A stretch of DNA of 64,000 bases, taken from assembly GCA_013265495.1 (NCBI GenBank), contig MU059756.1, positions 18,070,295-18,134,294 on the forward strand, written 5' to 3'. This DNA is from Vicugna vicugna. Taxonomy: Eukaryota. The position numbers were made by a program, and so were the translations under genes. The notes beneath the pieces were generated by a model, which had not been told where the DNA came from, ran no database searches, and was given only the letters and a program-made list of their open reading frames with translations. Within the stretch, counting starts at the first letter, position 1. Each line of letters opens with the position of its first letter. Of the stretch, positions 1 to 12,689 are shown one piece after another.

Positions 1-381
1 AACCCCTTATCTACTGAACAACAACTCCCCTTTTCCCTCTCCCCACCTGCACACCCACCCACTGCATGCAGGGGCGACCACCATTCCACTTTCTGTTTCT
101 GAGAGTCTGACTACTTTAGATAGCTCATGTAAGCGGAATCACGCAGTATGTCTTTTTGTGGCTGGTTTATTTCATTTAGGACAATGTCCTTAAGGGTCAC
201 TCTTATTGTAGCATGTGACAGGATTTTCTTCTTTTTTTAAGGTTGGATAATATTCCATTGTTCTATATGCCACATTTTCTTAGTCCATTTATTTGTCAAA
301 GGACATTTAGGTTGCCTCCATCTCTTGGCTATTGTGAATAATGCTGCAATGAACATGGGTGTGCTAGTACCTCTTCAAGAT
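1..381 (-). mobile_element. L1 (L1MA/L1MB-type) 3' region fragment, truncated by the window edge
   Basis: Typical antisense L1 3' end text, e.g. 'ttccatctcttggctattgtgaataatgctgcaatgaacatgggtgtg'. Confidence 0.8.
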
Positions 382-399
382 CTCATCAAATCTTCATCC

Positions 400-800
400 T
401 TGTTGCCATTGCATGGTGTTCATGCCACCAACCTTTCTTGTTCTAGGTGACTGCCATAGCCTATTTCTTGGCCTCCTTGCTCCCTATCTGGCCCCCATCC
501 AGGGTGTTCTCTACCCTGTAGCCAGAATGACCTTCTTAAAATTGAAAATCTGATCATGCCAGCTCTCTGCTATATCCTACTTGCCCCAACAGTCTTTCAG
601 GACAAAATGGAAACCCCTTCATCTTATCTTCAGGTCCTCCATGATTGACTCATACTTCTTATATCTTCTTCACCCAAAGGTTTATGCTCCAGCCAGATGA
701 ACTCTCTACCACTCCTCAGGTATGTCATGTTCTCCTGTGTCTGCATCTTTTTTCCAACTGCTGCTCCTCTGCCTGGAAGGAATTTCTCCTTATTTCTAGT
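400..800. mobile_element. L2 LINE fragment
   Basis: Resembles the L2 consensus ('gtagccagaatgaccttcttaaaattgaaaatctgatcatg', 'tgctcctctgcctggaa'). Confidence 0.6.
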
Positions 801-807
801 CTAAATA

Positions 808-950
808 AGAGATTCCACAAGTGTGGTGAGCACAGCAGTAGAAACAGTATCACTTGGGAACCTGTTACAAGCTCAAATTCTCAGCCTCTGTACCAGACCT
901 ACTATATTTGAAAACCCTGGAGTGGGAAATAAAAACTGTATATAAGTTCA
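808..950. mobile_element. MER5A (hAT-Charlie MITE) fragment
   Basis: 'atcacttgggaacctgttacaagctcaaattctcagcctctgtaccagacctact' follows the MER5A consensus. Confidence 0.65.
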
Positions 951-2334
951 GGAATGAAAGAACAGTCTAATCACATTTTGCAGTAAACTAACCTTTGTGA
1001 CACCCTAGATTATACAGGACAGACCTAATTTACAAACATGCAACCTGATACCCTAAAGGTTAAGTGACTTGCAAAGTTTCTGGAGGTTCACAGTGCAGAA
1101 CAGGAGTGACACCATCTTCATGGCTCCTGGCCCATTTTTTTCCTTCTAAACTCAAAATAACACTGCATTAGCATTTGGCAAGAAATGTGTGTGCACATTT
1201 TTCTTTACGCTTTAGAGAAAATTCTGATCCAAGTTCCTCCAGTCAGAATGATGAATTATAGACTTTACGGTGATGCTGAATTATGATTTCTTTAAATTAC
1301 GGTTTACAGTGGAAATGCCAATACCAGCTATTCATTAAAAACTTTCTGTTTCCCCTTTTATGTCTCCGTCATGCCCCAGACCCATAATTTCTAAAACTAT
1401 ACCTGCTGTCTTTATTGAGGCTCAGGGCTGATACAATATTTGGAGCATAATTATGTGGGTGCTAACTAAAATGTGGATCCATGACGATTAATTTACAAGG
1501 ACTTATGTGCCCGTGGCTCTGTCCAGAAGAGGGGTTCCGGCATTACATGCCTCAAAGATAGAGAGTTACAGCGGAGCTGCTGTCTGAACTAAGCTTCATG
1601 TACTAATTTAGCTGTCGACTTGCATCAAACCTTTCCATGTGCACACACTCTTTCCACACAGCAGACAAGACCTCCTGGGATCTGGCTCACAGACCTCCAC
1701 ACTCTCACCATTTCTCCTCAGCCTCCTTGATGTCTCCAGTTTTACTGAACTACTTGCAATTTTCCCAACAATCATATTGTCTCTCACCTCTGGGCCTTTG
1801 CATGTGTTGCTTTTATGTTGGTGGTGCCCTTTGCCATCACCTCTCTATTCCTTCCAACCTGCCCCCCAAACTTTTCCTTGGAGATTTGCTACTTATTCTT
1901 CTGTAGTCAGCACAGGCATCACCTGCTCCAGGAAACTTTTATAATAGAAAAGGAAATTTCTAACAGGACTTCTAAAACATAGAGTAAGTGTCTCCAGCTA
2001 GGCAGAGCTCTAACTGACTGGACAAATACACCCACACGGTGTTCATTAAACAAACAGAAGCCTGAAATTCCTTCTGCGTACTCAAGGAGTGGTCCTGTGA
2101 CTGTCTCGGATGCTGTAAAAAGCTCAGCAGCAATGGATGGGAAGTGGGGGTGGATTCCAGCTAACCTTCCTTTCACTCTGCGAATTTTAAGTTTCTTTTT
2201 CAAGTTAGTGAAAAGCGTGTTCACAGGGGAGGTATTGTTAACTCCAGAGTCTGCGTTCTGAGCCAGGCATCCTGTTATATCCCATCAGTATGCCTCTTCC
2301 GAGCGGTGGCCACAAGCCCTTCTACCCAACTCAC

Positions 2335-2451
2335 CGTCATGTGGAGAGATGCTCCCCGGGAGCGCTTGGGCGCGCCTGGCGTCTGCGGTAAGATGGCGAT
2401 GTTGAACGTGCGGCTCTCCAGGTGGGCGTGGGCCTTTGTGCCACTGGATAC
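2335..2451 (-). CDS. FRAS1: FRAS1 exon ~32 VSSGTKAHAHLESRTFNIAILPQTPGAPKRSRGASLHMT
   Basis: Acceptor cttttcag|GTA, donor ACG|gtgagt; 117 nt, phase 0-0. Confidence 0.93.
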
Positions 2452-3384
2452 CTGAAAAGACACAGCGCACTGGTCAGCCTCTACTGGGCACAGCACGTCT
2501 GCCCGTGTTGATTTTTTCTCTTTTAAACCACCTGGCTTTGAATTCTGTTCGCTCCTGCATTACAATTTTCATTCTGTGCTTCGTATTTTAAGATTAATTT
2601 TTTATTGATTATAAAAAAAGATACCTAATCATCTTCGACAATTCTGAAGTTGCAAGAAAGTCTAAATAAGGAATAAAAATCATCTAGAATTTCACTCCCT
2701 AGAAAAAGAAGTTTTTAATATATCGCTGCTTTTCAGTTTAGTCTTTTTTCTATGCAGATGTGAAACTTTATATGCAATTGTATATTCTAAATTTTTACTT
2801 AACATGATAGTATGATATTTGCTATATCAGTAAACATTCTTGAAAGCATAATTTTGATAGCTACATAATGTCTCATTCTGAGCAATTACAGCACATTTTA
2901 CCTGTGATTTTTATTCCACTTCTTTCATCTTTACCCAGCACAAATATCCACACCCAGATTATAAAAGACAAATCTCAGTCTTATCATTGCAAGGCAAGAT
3001 TCATAACATTTACAGTTAGGGTAGTGGTCACACAATCTTCTTTTTCCTGCTTTAAAAAGGCTGAAAAGTGATGCTCTTCCCACGCAGCTTCTCCCCACCC
3101 TCAGTGCTACTGAGCTTCGTGCGTAAACTCTCCTCTCGCTGTCTGCTCCTCCTTACGCTTGTTAGAATTGCTAAGGCCTGTGTGGCCACATGAAGTTGCA
3201 TTAGGTTCATATGAGAGGGGACAGGGTTCTGTAAATTCTGAGAAGAAGGTATGTCTTCTGAAGCTACACCCCCCAGAAGAATGTCTTCTCTGCATCTTGA
3301 TCACATCTGACGCCCGGAGCTCAAGTTTCAGACTATTGACATGTTTTCAAGGAGACATAGTGTCACAATAGATAATATTAATGA

Positions 3385-3570
3385 CAACAGGTAACATTCA
3401 CTGAACGTGGATCGTGGGCTCACCACTGTGCTAGCTACTTTTCAGAAGTTTTCTTACTTAGTACCCACAAAGTAGATATTATCTCCTTTTTTTTTAACAG
3501 ATAAAAAACTGAAGGTCGAAAAGTTAAGATGTCAAGATCACAAAGCCAATAAGGGTCAGTATTTAAAACC
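3385..3570 (-). mobile_element. MIR SINE
   Basis: MIR core in reverse: 'tttaacagataaaaaactgaaggtcgaaaagttaag...tcaagatcaca'. Confidence 0.65.
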
Positions 3571-4429
3571 AAATGATATTCTTACTGACCACAATGACTG
3601 AATTTGGAAGCTTCAGGAAGTTAGGAAAGGGGAAGTTACATTCCCCTAACTCTTGAAGAAAAGGAATAGAACTGCAGGTAGTGAGACGTGAGCATATTAT
3701 CAAGCAAGAACTCAGTTCCAGCTTCCCTAGCAAAGGTCCTGGTGTAAAATACATTGGTCTTTTTTAAACCACATCCCCTGAGGCTACGTCAGTGTGATCT
3801 GAATACGCCCAAACCAGGGCTCCTTCCCCTGCCAAAAAATGTACGTGTTTTCTTCTCACTCTGCCATTTTCTTTTCTTTTTTTTTTTTTAAAAACCACTC
3901 GCATTACATAAATCCCAAGTTTTAGATGCAAAGTAACAGATGGGCTGCATTGATGGCTCATGACAGCAAATCAACATTAAAATGGAATTAAATCCATGCA
4001 ACTCATTGTATTGCATTTTCTGCTTTAAAGAAAAAAATAAGGGAAGAAAGAAAAGGATCATTAGAACAGCATCTTTTTAAAAAAGTCAAAAATCCTTGAG
4101 GGACACTAAAATGAATGAGAAAAGTTGCTAACCATTTATTTTGGCACATAGCAGCAGTGTCTGTGTCACTTCACATCAAAGCATAAGGTAAGCCTATCAA
4201 ACACACCAAAGAACAAACACACCAAAACTTCCACATCCAAGAGAATATGATCTCAGAGAGCTGTTTCATACTTGCAGTAAAGATGCTGTCAGTGTTCAAA
4301 ATGCATTTTTTGGAATGCCTTCAGAGGGAGTTCACAAATCATGTAAGAAAACTGAGCTTGTTACTTTATAATTACTCCCTGTTTTAACCAAAAATAATTA
4401 TTACTTTTTTTTTTTTACCAGAACCGATT

Positions 4430-4580
4430 CTGAGGGATTTTTGACTATTTGGTTATATTTTAATAATCCACTTCTAAAGGATGATATGCTGTCATTATTG
4501 AGGATATTCTACAGAATATCCCATAGATTTTGAAGGAGATTTCAAGTAAGAGTTCAAACACATTTTGAGCAAAACATGGG
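4430..4580 (+). mobile_element. Ancient mariner-like (MARNA-type) transposase 3' fragment
   Basis: 'gaggatattctacagaatatcccatagattttgaaggagatttcaagtaagagttcaaacacattttgagcaa' resembles the recalled EDIQKN...LKAI..EEF..CFEQ tail of MARNA. Confidence 0.45.
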
Positions 4581-5319
4581 AAGATTCTCCAAAGGAAACC
4601 ACTTTCTAAGTAATAATGTTTAACTGGATGTCTTAAACTCTAACTAATTTGTCTAAAAAAATCAGTAACATTTGCTATTTTATAAAAACCCACTTAGTAG
4701 CCAACTTGCGAAGGCAATAAAATATCATTTTAGCAGGTGCTGAAAATCCCTTTTCAGGGAAACACTCCATATTGATAATATTCTTCATGCTGATGCCTAT
4801 GAAGGCAAAGGCAGATCTGAGGAGTCTAGTTTGCTGAGGTGACTTCTTTTGACTGAGGTCTTTGACTCCATTCTGATTCATTATTTGACGACTGTCCAGT
4901 CCCCATGTGCTAAAATTGAAAAATTAACTTGGGCAAAGGGCATGTAATGTTTGCTCACTCATTGGACCTTCAGTGTGCACAGTATATCTTCTTATTTTAA
5001 TGGTTTCTAAGCTTCTTTCAACAGCTCTCTGGGAAAGTACATCTTTTACACAATATAAATTAGTCAGACAATGAAGATGTGCACACGAGGCATCAGAAGC
5101 AGAGTGGATGACAATTTTAACAAGGAGAGCCATTGTGGAGTTTATCCCAGATGGATTCCTGGACAAAAGAAACAGCTCAGACCTAGAGGGACAGTGATGC
5201 CGCTTCGGCTGATCACTATGAGAACTTCTTTATATCTTCTCTGACACTTTCCCAAATTCTTTTCTATATCTACGCTTAAGTGCTCTTTCTCATTCACACT
5301 TTCTCACTCTTACGTATTT

Positions 5320-5800
5320 CTGTTCATTTCCAGATTGTCCTTGACAGAGGTTTGTCCAATTTTATTGGCCTTTTCAAAGACTTAGGTTTTGTTACTCATT
5401 TACCCATTCTAGCATCTTACAATTAATCAATTCCCCTGTTTCTCTCTATTAATTCCTTCCTTTTGCTTTCCTTAGGCTTCTCTTGTGGTTCTCCGGCTTC
5501 TTGAGTTAAATATTTAGTTCATTTATTTTCATACTTTTCTGCTCAATAACAGCTTAAGGCCATCCATTTTCTTCTCAGTATGACTTTGTCCACGTCATTT
5601 ACATTTTGATAAATTATTTCTTCCTCATCAATATTTCTTAATAGTTGGCCATCTTGATTTCCTTTTAGAACTAGTAATTATTCAGGAAGCTATTTTTAAA
5701 ATTCCAAATGGTTCAATTTTTTTACCCTTTTATTACTAATTTCTAATTATATTTCATAACAGCCAGAGAATGTTATCCAATATAATATCCTATTCTTTAA
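5320..5800 (-). mobile_element. Old L1M ORF2-region fragment
   Basis: T-rich antisense L1 text ('ccagaggtttgtccaattttattggccttttcaaag'-like, 'ttactaatttctaattatatttcat'). Confidence 0.55.
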
Positions 5801-5828
5801 TTTATCGACAGCCTCCTTATGGTCTGGC

Positions 5829-6194
5829 TGCCTCCATTGGCTCAGGCTACTATCAAGAATNNNNNNNNNNNNNNNNNNNNNNNNNNNNNNNNNNNNNNNN
5901 NNNNNNNNNNNNNNNNNNNNNNNNNNNNNNNNNNNNNNNNNNNNNNNNNNNNNNNNNNNNNNNNNNNNNNNNNNNNNNNNNNNNNNNNNNNNNNNTCATG
6001 GTATACGCACGCAGCAGAGGCGGGGAGCAAGCCCTCTTGCGACTTGTAAGTATACTAATTCCATTCATGAAGGGACGACTCTCATGACCTCATCTAATGC
6101 TAATCAAAGGCCGCATCTGCATATACCATCACACAGAGGGGTCGGATTTACACATGTAAATTTTGAGGGGGACACAAACATTCAGTCTGTAGTA
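5829..6194 (+). mobile_element. MaLR solo LTR (MLT1A-like), central part N-masked
   Basis: Starts TG ('tgcctccattggctcaggctactat') and ends 'gggggacacaaacattcagtctgtagta'. Near-identical 5-bp flanks CTGGC/CTGGT fit a MaLR TSD. Confidence 0.85.
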
Positions 6195-6767
6195 CTGGTA
6201 TTTGACCAGTCCTCATAAATGGTAGTCACACACTCTCATACGCTGACAGGCAGTATTCTAACTCTTTAAATGTATTAACTCATTAAATCCTTACAATAAT
6301 GCTATTGTACAGATGAGGAAACTGAAATATAAGGACTCTGTCCAAGTAATTTTCCCAAAGTTGTGTAATTAATACACAGTGGAAGTGAAATATAAAGCCA
6401 CTGGGTTTGGCTGCCAAGTCCATGACCTTGACATAAAATGGTAAATGTTTCAAAAACATTTGAAAAAAGAAAATAAGATCTTTTTTACTCCATGTGGCAC
6501 TTTAATATTTTGAAAACATGTTTTCCAAACACATTAGCCATTATCTATTATAAACCTCTTTGCTATGGAACAACTCTGCTTGTACAGATCCTCCTAAGAC
6601 TGAATTCACAGATTAAAAAAATCTCTGAATGCTATTAGTTACACTTTTCCTTCCCCCATACGTGATCTCTAGGCAATCATGGAAAATTACCAGGGTTATT
6701 TATAAATAAGGGTGATGGTTTTCATCAGACCATCCAGACATCAGGAAGTTCAGGAAGCAGAGGGTAC

Positions 6768-6946
6768 CTGAAAGCGGAAGGAGTCACTCTGGGCTGGGAC
6801 CCCTGAGTGCCTGTACCACACGATGCCTTCATTGATGTCTTGCTGGGTGAAGGTGCTGGTGGGAGTTGCTGTCCTCCCATCAGGCAGGTGCTGCCCTTCG
6901 TCCGCGGGGCTGTCTGCAGGCATATTGACCAGAAGGACCACCTCCC
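6768..6946 (-). CDS. FRAS1: FRAS1 exon ~31 (G)EVVLLVNMPADSPADEGQHLPDGRTATPTSTFTQQDINEGIVWYRHSGVPAQSDSFRFQ
   Basis: Acceptor tttcctag|GG, weak donor CAG|gtaccc; 179 nt, phase 1-0. Confidence 0.96.
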
Positions 6947-8143
6947 CTAGGAAAGCCACACAGTTAGTGAGGATCCCTGGGAAAAGTAAAAGTAAATCTG
7001 AGCCCTCATCTCCTTTTCTAGTACTGTTTTTTAAACAGAAAAGATATGATGTACTTCTGTATTTTTATCTAAAGTGAAGGAGAGAACGTTAACACAGAAT
7101 TTGATACATACCATTGAATTCACCTTTAGACATAGAATTCCCTGTCTTTCAGTTAAAAGAGCTAAAGTCATTCAAGGGCAATTCATGTATGAAGTTACTG
7201 ACTTGTATCTATTAAAATTACATAAGGAGATCCAAATAGTCATGAATACTGCAAACAAATACTCAAATACGGGCATTGAATGGATTCATTTTCATCCACA
7301 ACTTTCTATGAATAGAAAATGCTTACCAACTAGGAAGATTTTGGTGTAAACACAATGGGAAATTAGATAAAATTCAGAAAAAAATGATTCTTGGGAGAAT
7401 TATGTACAATGAAAATAATAATAGCTAGTACTGGAATGCATATGGCAGGCGCTGCATGAAGCACCTTACACGGTGGTTCAAACCCAGCTCCACTACTGCT
7501 GCGTGAGCTTACTTAAGTACTATAAATCTCTGCTCTTTATTGCTAAATTGAAAATAATAGTACATACTTCACAGGTACTTAAAAAGAATGTTGACCATGC
7601 ATATTGTTATGTTATTTAATCCCTCTAAAAATGCTACTATCATTTCCATTTTAAAGACAAAGTTCTTCATGCTCAGAGGAAGTCAGTAACTTGTTTGAAG
7701 TCACACAAATCCTAAGGGGAGGAGCTGGGATTTGAATCTGAAGTGCATTCTCTTGGTCATGAAACTCTGTTACCCATCATGATTATTTTATGTTCACAGC
7801 CCAACATTTACACTGATAAATAACAGATCATCTTTTCTTCTTCATTCTCTAAATTTCACTAGAATTGAAGCAAGGAAATCTAAATCTAAATCCCACCACA
7901 CCACCACCAATCTGTTTCTACTGCTTATTCTTCACCTGAAGCTACTATTTTCTTACAGTGAGATTGCAAATACAGAGTTGTTATAGGAACAATGAAAATT
8001 TCACAAGGAGAATACACCTTCAAGTGAAGACCAAAGAGAAGAATGAACTGCAGAAAACAGAAGCCCTGTTCTCAAGAAAAAGCATCTAACAAGAAATCTC
8101 AAAGAAACATCTCTACCGCTCAGATAGTAAGAGGGAGAGGAGT

Positions 8144-8145
<2 letters not shown>

Positions 8146-8201
<56 letters not shown>
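8146..8201. repeat. Compound microsatellite (GT)12(GA)16
   Basis: Counted directly from the sequence. Confidence 0.97.
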
Positions 8202-8204
<3 letters not shown>

Positions 8205-10399
8205 CATATATTTTTAAAACGTACTGTAGGATGCCCAGATCTTAGCCCCCTAGACATATTAGGCAACTGACAGTGCACTTTGATTACCCTAGAGAAACTG
8301 TTTTTCTTACTCAAAGGAACTACTCATTCTAATATTTATATGTACTAAATTCAAGTTAAAAATAAGCATAATATCCTGAATAGTAATGAAATACTGAAGT
8401 AATAGAAAAACATCAAAATTCTTCTTAAAACGATCATGTACAGAATCAACTCACTCTAGTTTCTTTCTTGTATTATTTCTCATTTGTACCTAAGTCACAA
8501 ATTCCATTACCCATCTCTCCCTGCTTCAACTTCTGTTCATAAGACTCTGCTAATAAACATGCTTTTCCAGGATGTGGACTGTTTATGAATGTGAGTATAG
8601 TTGCAAAGTAGTCTGAAAGGAGAATTCTATAATGAAAATGTGGAGAGTAGACGGATAGAAAATATTCAAATGCCAATTTCCTAGCTATTCTTCTTTATCA
8701 TAGGAAAGCTAAGCAGAATTTTCCTAACAAGTCCTAAAGAAATAAATGTATTTTCAGATTAAAAAAAAAAGTTGCCATACCATGCAAATTAATAGCAATC
8801 ATAGGAGATTGGATAATTCCATTAATTTCAACTCAGTAAACAATCAGTGAGCACCTGTTAGGTGCTAGCTACCGTGGCTGGCCCTTTGGGGTGGAGAAAT
8901 CAAAGATAAGCAAGATGCAATTCCTTCCCCTGGAGATCAGCCCCCAGAAGCAACTGGGAGCCACTGTGAGATTTTCAGTAGGTTAGAGGCACAGACTGAT
9001 TTAGAACACAGAGTGTATGTGAAAGTTCTGTTAAAGAGGCTGGACTTTATAAGAATGATAACAACAGTAGTTAACATTTATGTGGACAGTTTGGCCAATT
9101 ATGAGGTTGCTGCAAAATCCATATGAGAGATGGGAACCTAGACTAAAGCAACAGAGGTAATATTGGAAACAAACAAACAGATACAAGAATCACGGAGGAA
9201 ATGGAAGCAACAGAACTTGACAAATGTGGCTGTAAAGTATAAGAGGGGGGGAACCAGACAATCACCTATTGAGTAGGGTGATGGGTAGGGAAGTGATGCC
9301 ACTAAGAGGGTGAGCTGGTTGAGGAGAAAAGGAAGAGTTCAGCACTGGGTATGCTGAATACAAGGTGCCTTTGTGACAAGCCCCATGGGTAGACTGGGAG
9401 AAATGCCAGTATCCTGGGGGGTTCACTCCATCGAGATGGGAGCTTTTGCATAGTACCACACCTCTGCTTTTACCATAGTACGACAAATACAAGGAGATGA
9501 CCTTTTAAATATATGAAAATCCATGTTTAAAATACAGTGCAGGTTTATAAAACAGAAAATAATCTCTACTAGTGATTTCCTTTATACTGAAGTCAATATT
9601 TTAACCAAGACTCTTGAAGGGAAAATGTAATAGGTAGAAAGAATTAGAAACTCATTGGAATCTCCATGAATTATTTTGGGATTTACATAATTTGCTTTAA
9701 AGTTTTCCTACAGTATGCTAAATAACAGAGCTGGCAATGTGTTGGATGAAGTCAGATTCTCCCTCAAATGATGTTTCAAGTTACTTCATTAAAACCATCT
9801 CATTAAATTTACTCCAAACCTGTGAAGTAGTTAAAGGTGCAAGTATTAATCAATTTATCTAAACTTGTATTTGAAAACAGTGATGAGTCTGCAAGTGGTG
9901 GAATTTAAGCTCTTTATGGAAATACTACACAAGCAATTTATGCTGGGTTTAGGTCCACCATCAGGTCTTCACAAAAGCCCAGAGTCCAATTGGAACATTC
10001 TAATGTGATGAGGGAATGCAAAGTAGCTGGGGTGGAAGGATGTAAGGGCTCCATAATCCGCATCACTGGGGTAGATGGATGTAAGTAGATTTGTATTAAG
10101 TGGGCTTCTAGTTCCCACCACCTTTTTCACTCTTGAATGGTTCCTAAGTGTAATGCGATTTGATTATTACCAGTAGGGAGCTCTGAACACACAGAAATAG
10201 GATTATGTTCATAGGAAGAAGTTAATTAAGAGAGTTATAGTAGGAAAGGCTTATATTAAATAGAATATTGGGATAATGGGCTGTGTTTAGGAAATTTAAT
10301 TTTTTGGCCTTTAATGATCAAGATAAAAAATTTAATACATCAAATGAGTCAAAGATTTTTAGAACTGAAAAGGACTTAAAACACTGTCTAGCTTAAAAT

Positions 10400-10610
10400 C
10401 AGTGGGTGAAATACGGCAAAGCTGAATAAGGTCTGTGAATAACTAATAACATGGTATCGATGCTAATTTCCTGGTTTTGATAATTATTTGATGGTTATGT
10501 AAGATATTAACACTGGAAGACGCTGGATAAAGGATGTTCAAGAGCTTTTCATACTATTTTTGCAATTTTTCAGTAAGTCTAAAATTGTTTTAAGATAAGT
10601 TTAAAAATGA
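10400..10610 (+). mobile_element. L1MC-type 3' end fragment
   Basis: 'atcgatgctaatttcctggttttgataattatt...gtaagatattaacactggaagacgctggataaagg...catactatttttgcaatttttcagtaagtctaaaattg'. Confidence 0.7.
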
Positions 10611-12235
10611 TCTAGCTTCATCTTTCGAGGAAACTTATGGCTCAAGGGAGGTCCACTTGCCTTCTTTAAGGTTACACAACTATCATAAATGACACCGAGC
10701 TAGACTGACTGTTTTATAATTCTATCAATGATTCATTAGATGATGCTTTTCAATGTCTTTGTGGGCCCTGGAATTATTCTTAAATAGTACAGAAATTAAC
10801 TTTTTACTCACCACAGAAAATATATCTGATTTTAAAACTCTGATAACCCTGAGGAAAAACATTATTTCTCTAAAAATGTGCCAAGTCTTTACTTTCAATG
10901 AACGTAATTTTCATTTTCAGGTGATCTATTTATTTCTTTTTAAAAATCTATCTGCTTGTCTTTTTTATTTTTATAGCATTTTGTTATTTCCATACATTTT
11001 CAACTCCTCCTTTTGTGTCTTTCAATCATTTTAAATATGGTTATTTTGTAGTTTTTGTAAGGTTGTTCCTTTATTTGAAATCCTTGGGGTTTTAATCTTC
11101 TTGTTTGTCTTGGTTATAGTACTACAGGTTTTTTGTTCATACGTTCTGTAATTTTGAATTCTAAATTAATCTTCAGTGGGTTTATCTGTGAGAATCTTGT
11201 ATGGTCTGGAGTTGTGGGTAGAAATTCTATAGCAGTTACTACTAGTTTCTGCAAGCAGTATCACTGGTCTGAGGTTAATTTTCATATTGATGCCTCTGCT
11301 TTGGGTTGCTCAGATAATGCGCGCAGCGTAATTAACCTTGGATCTACAGGAGAAACAGACCCGAAGCTCTGAATTCTCAGCAGATGTTATTACTCTGAGC
11401 CCTGGAAACACAGGTAGGATTCTTTGCCATCTCTCTCTGTGCTGGTGAGTTCTTGTTTTCCATTCTGTCCCTCTAATGGAAGGTTAAGTCTTTTCAGAGT
11501 CCTGGTTTCATGCAGGATCTTAATTCCAACTTTCTGCCTCTGCACAGGCATTAAATCCCAAGCCCCAAGGTTACTGAGATACATACCACCCCTCTCAGGG
11601 AAGCTATGCTACCAGCTCATGCCCAGACTGGCTTTCATTCCTTGTTTGTTTCTGGCACTTGGAGATTTCTCTCTATTCTTGGGAGGTCAGCTATGAATGC
11701 CCTAGAATTCTTAATCTCTTTTATCCATCACTTCTAGGTGATGATGATAGGTTATCATACTCTACTATCTTGCTGGAAGTAGAAGTAACAATGGAGATCT
11801 TAAGAAATGTTTTCATGTAAAGTTTTAATTTTTAACTTTAAAAATTTTTTAAAAAGGAAAGCCTTATCAAGAAGTCTGGTGATGTTCTGAGAGGGACACA
11901 AAGTGGAGTTTGAGAGCCTGAGCTTTGAAATTAAACTGACATATTATTAGCGAGGTGATTTTTAGCAAGTTACTTGCTCTGTAAAATGAAGTTGTTTTAA
12001 AACTTATATTTCAGGTTTAAATATACTAACTACATTTATATTATTTAGCATTCTACCTAGTACATAATATGTATATCGTGTGATAGCTATTTTGATTATT
12101 TTTCTTTAAAGGGGATTTGTGGGGTATTAGAAAGTCAAGTTCATTGGAAACACAAACTTTGCTGTGTGGCACTGAACAAAAGCATGTCCAAGACTGCTGA
12201 AAGCAATGGTGAAATGGTTAAGAAAAAAGAGTTAC

Positions 12236-12389
12236 CAAATTGGGGGTGGTCCTGTGTAATTCTGTAGATGATTTCTGAGGCACTGGCACCTGGAGCTTCA
12301 GCCTGTAAGATTCTGTTGGTAATCTGCAGCATTCCCCCTTCTGGAACCCACACCATTGAATTAGCCACAAGCCGAAGACCTCCATCATT
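12236..12389 (-). CDS. FRAS1: FRAS1 exon ~30 NDGGLRLVANSMVWVPEGGMLQITNRILQAEAPGASASEIIYRITQDHPQF(G)
   Basis: Acceptor tattctag|AAT, donor TTTG|gtaact; 154 nt, phase 0-1. Confidence 0.95.
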
Positions 12390-12689
12390 CTAGAATAAAG
12401 CGTACAGAATTACTCTTATTAGGTCCAAGCAAAATAAGAAAATAACAATCCTTAAAAACATAAGTTATTAGGTCCTATTGCTGCTAAAGATTGTCTAATA
12501 AGAGAGATTCATAGCTTTAGAGTCACCCTATGAATATATGTGTGTATATTATGTGTAGATAAATTCATGTGTCTGTATATATGTACGTATGTATATACCT
12601 TGTTTTTTTCCTAATTTATCATGAGCAAATAACTCATATCATTCAGGAAGACTAAGTCTCTCCAATTCTTTCTTTCATTTGTCCATTGA

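Noticed and set aside
1-2334. Searched for the next exon (AREDGLTVIQPH...) below 2335, and for the preceding exon above 62813
   Set aside because: No matching codons were found, so those exons appear to lie outside the window.
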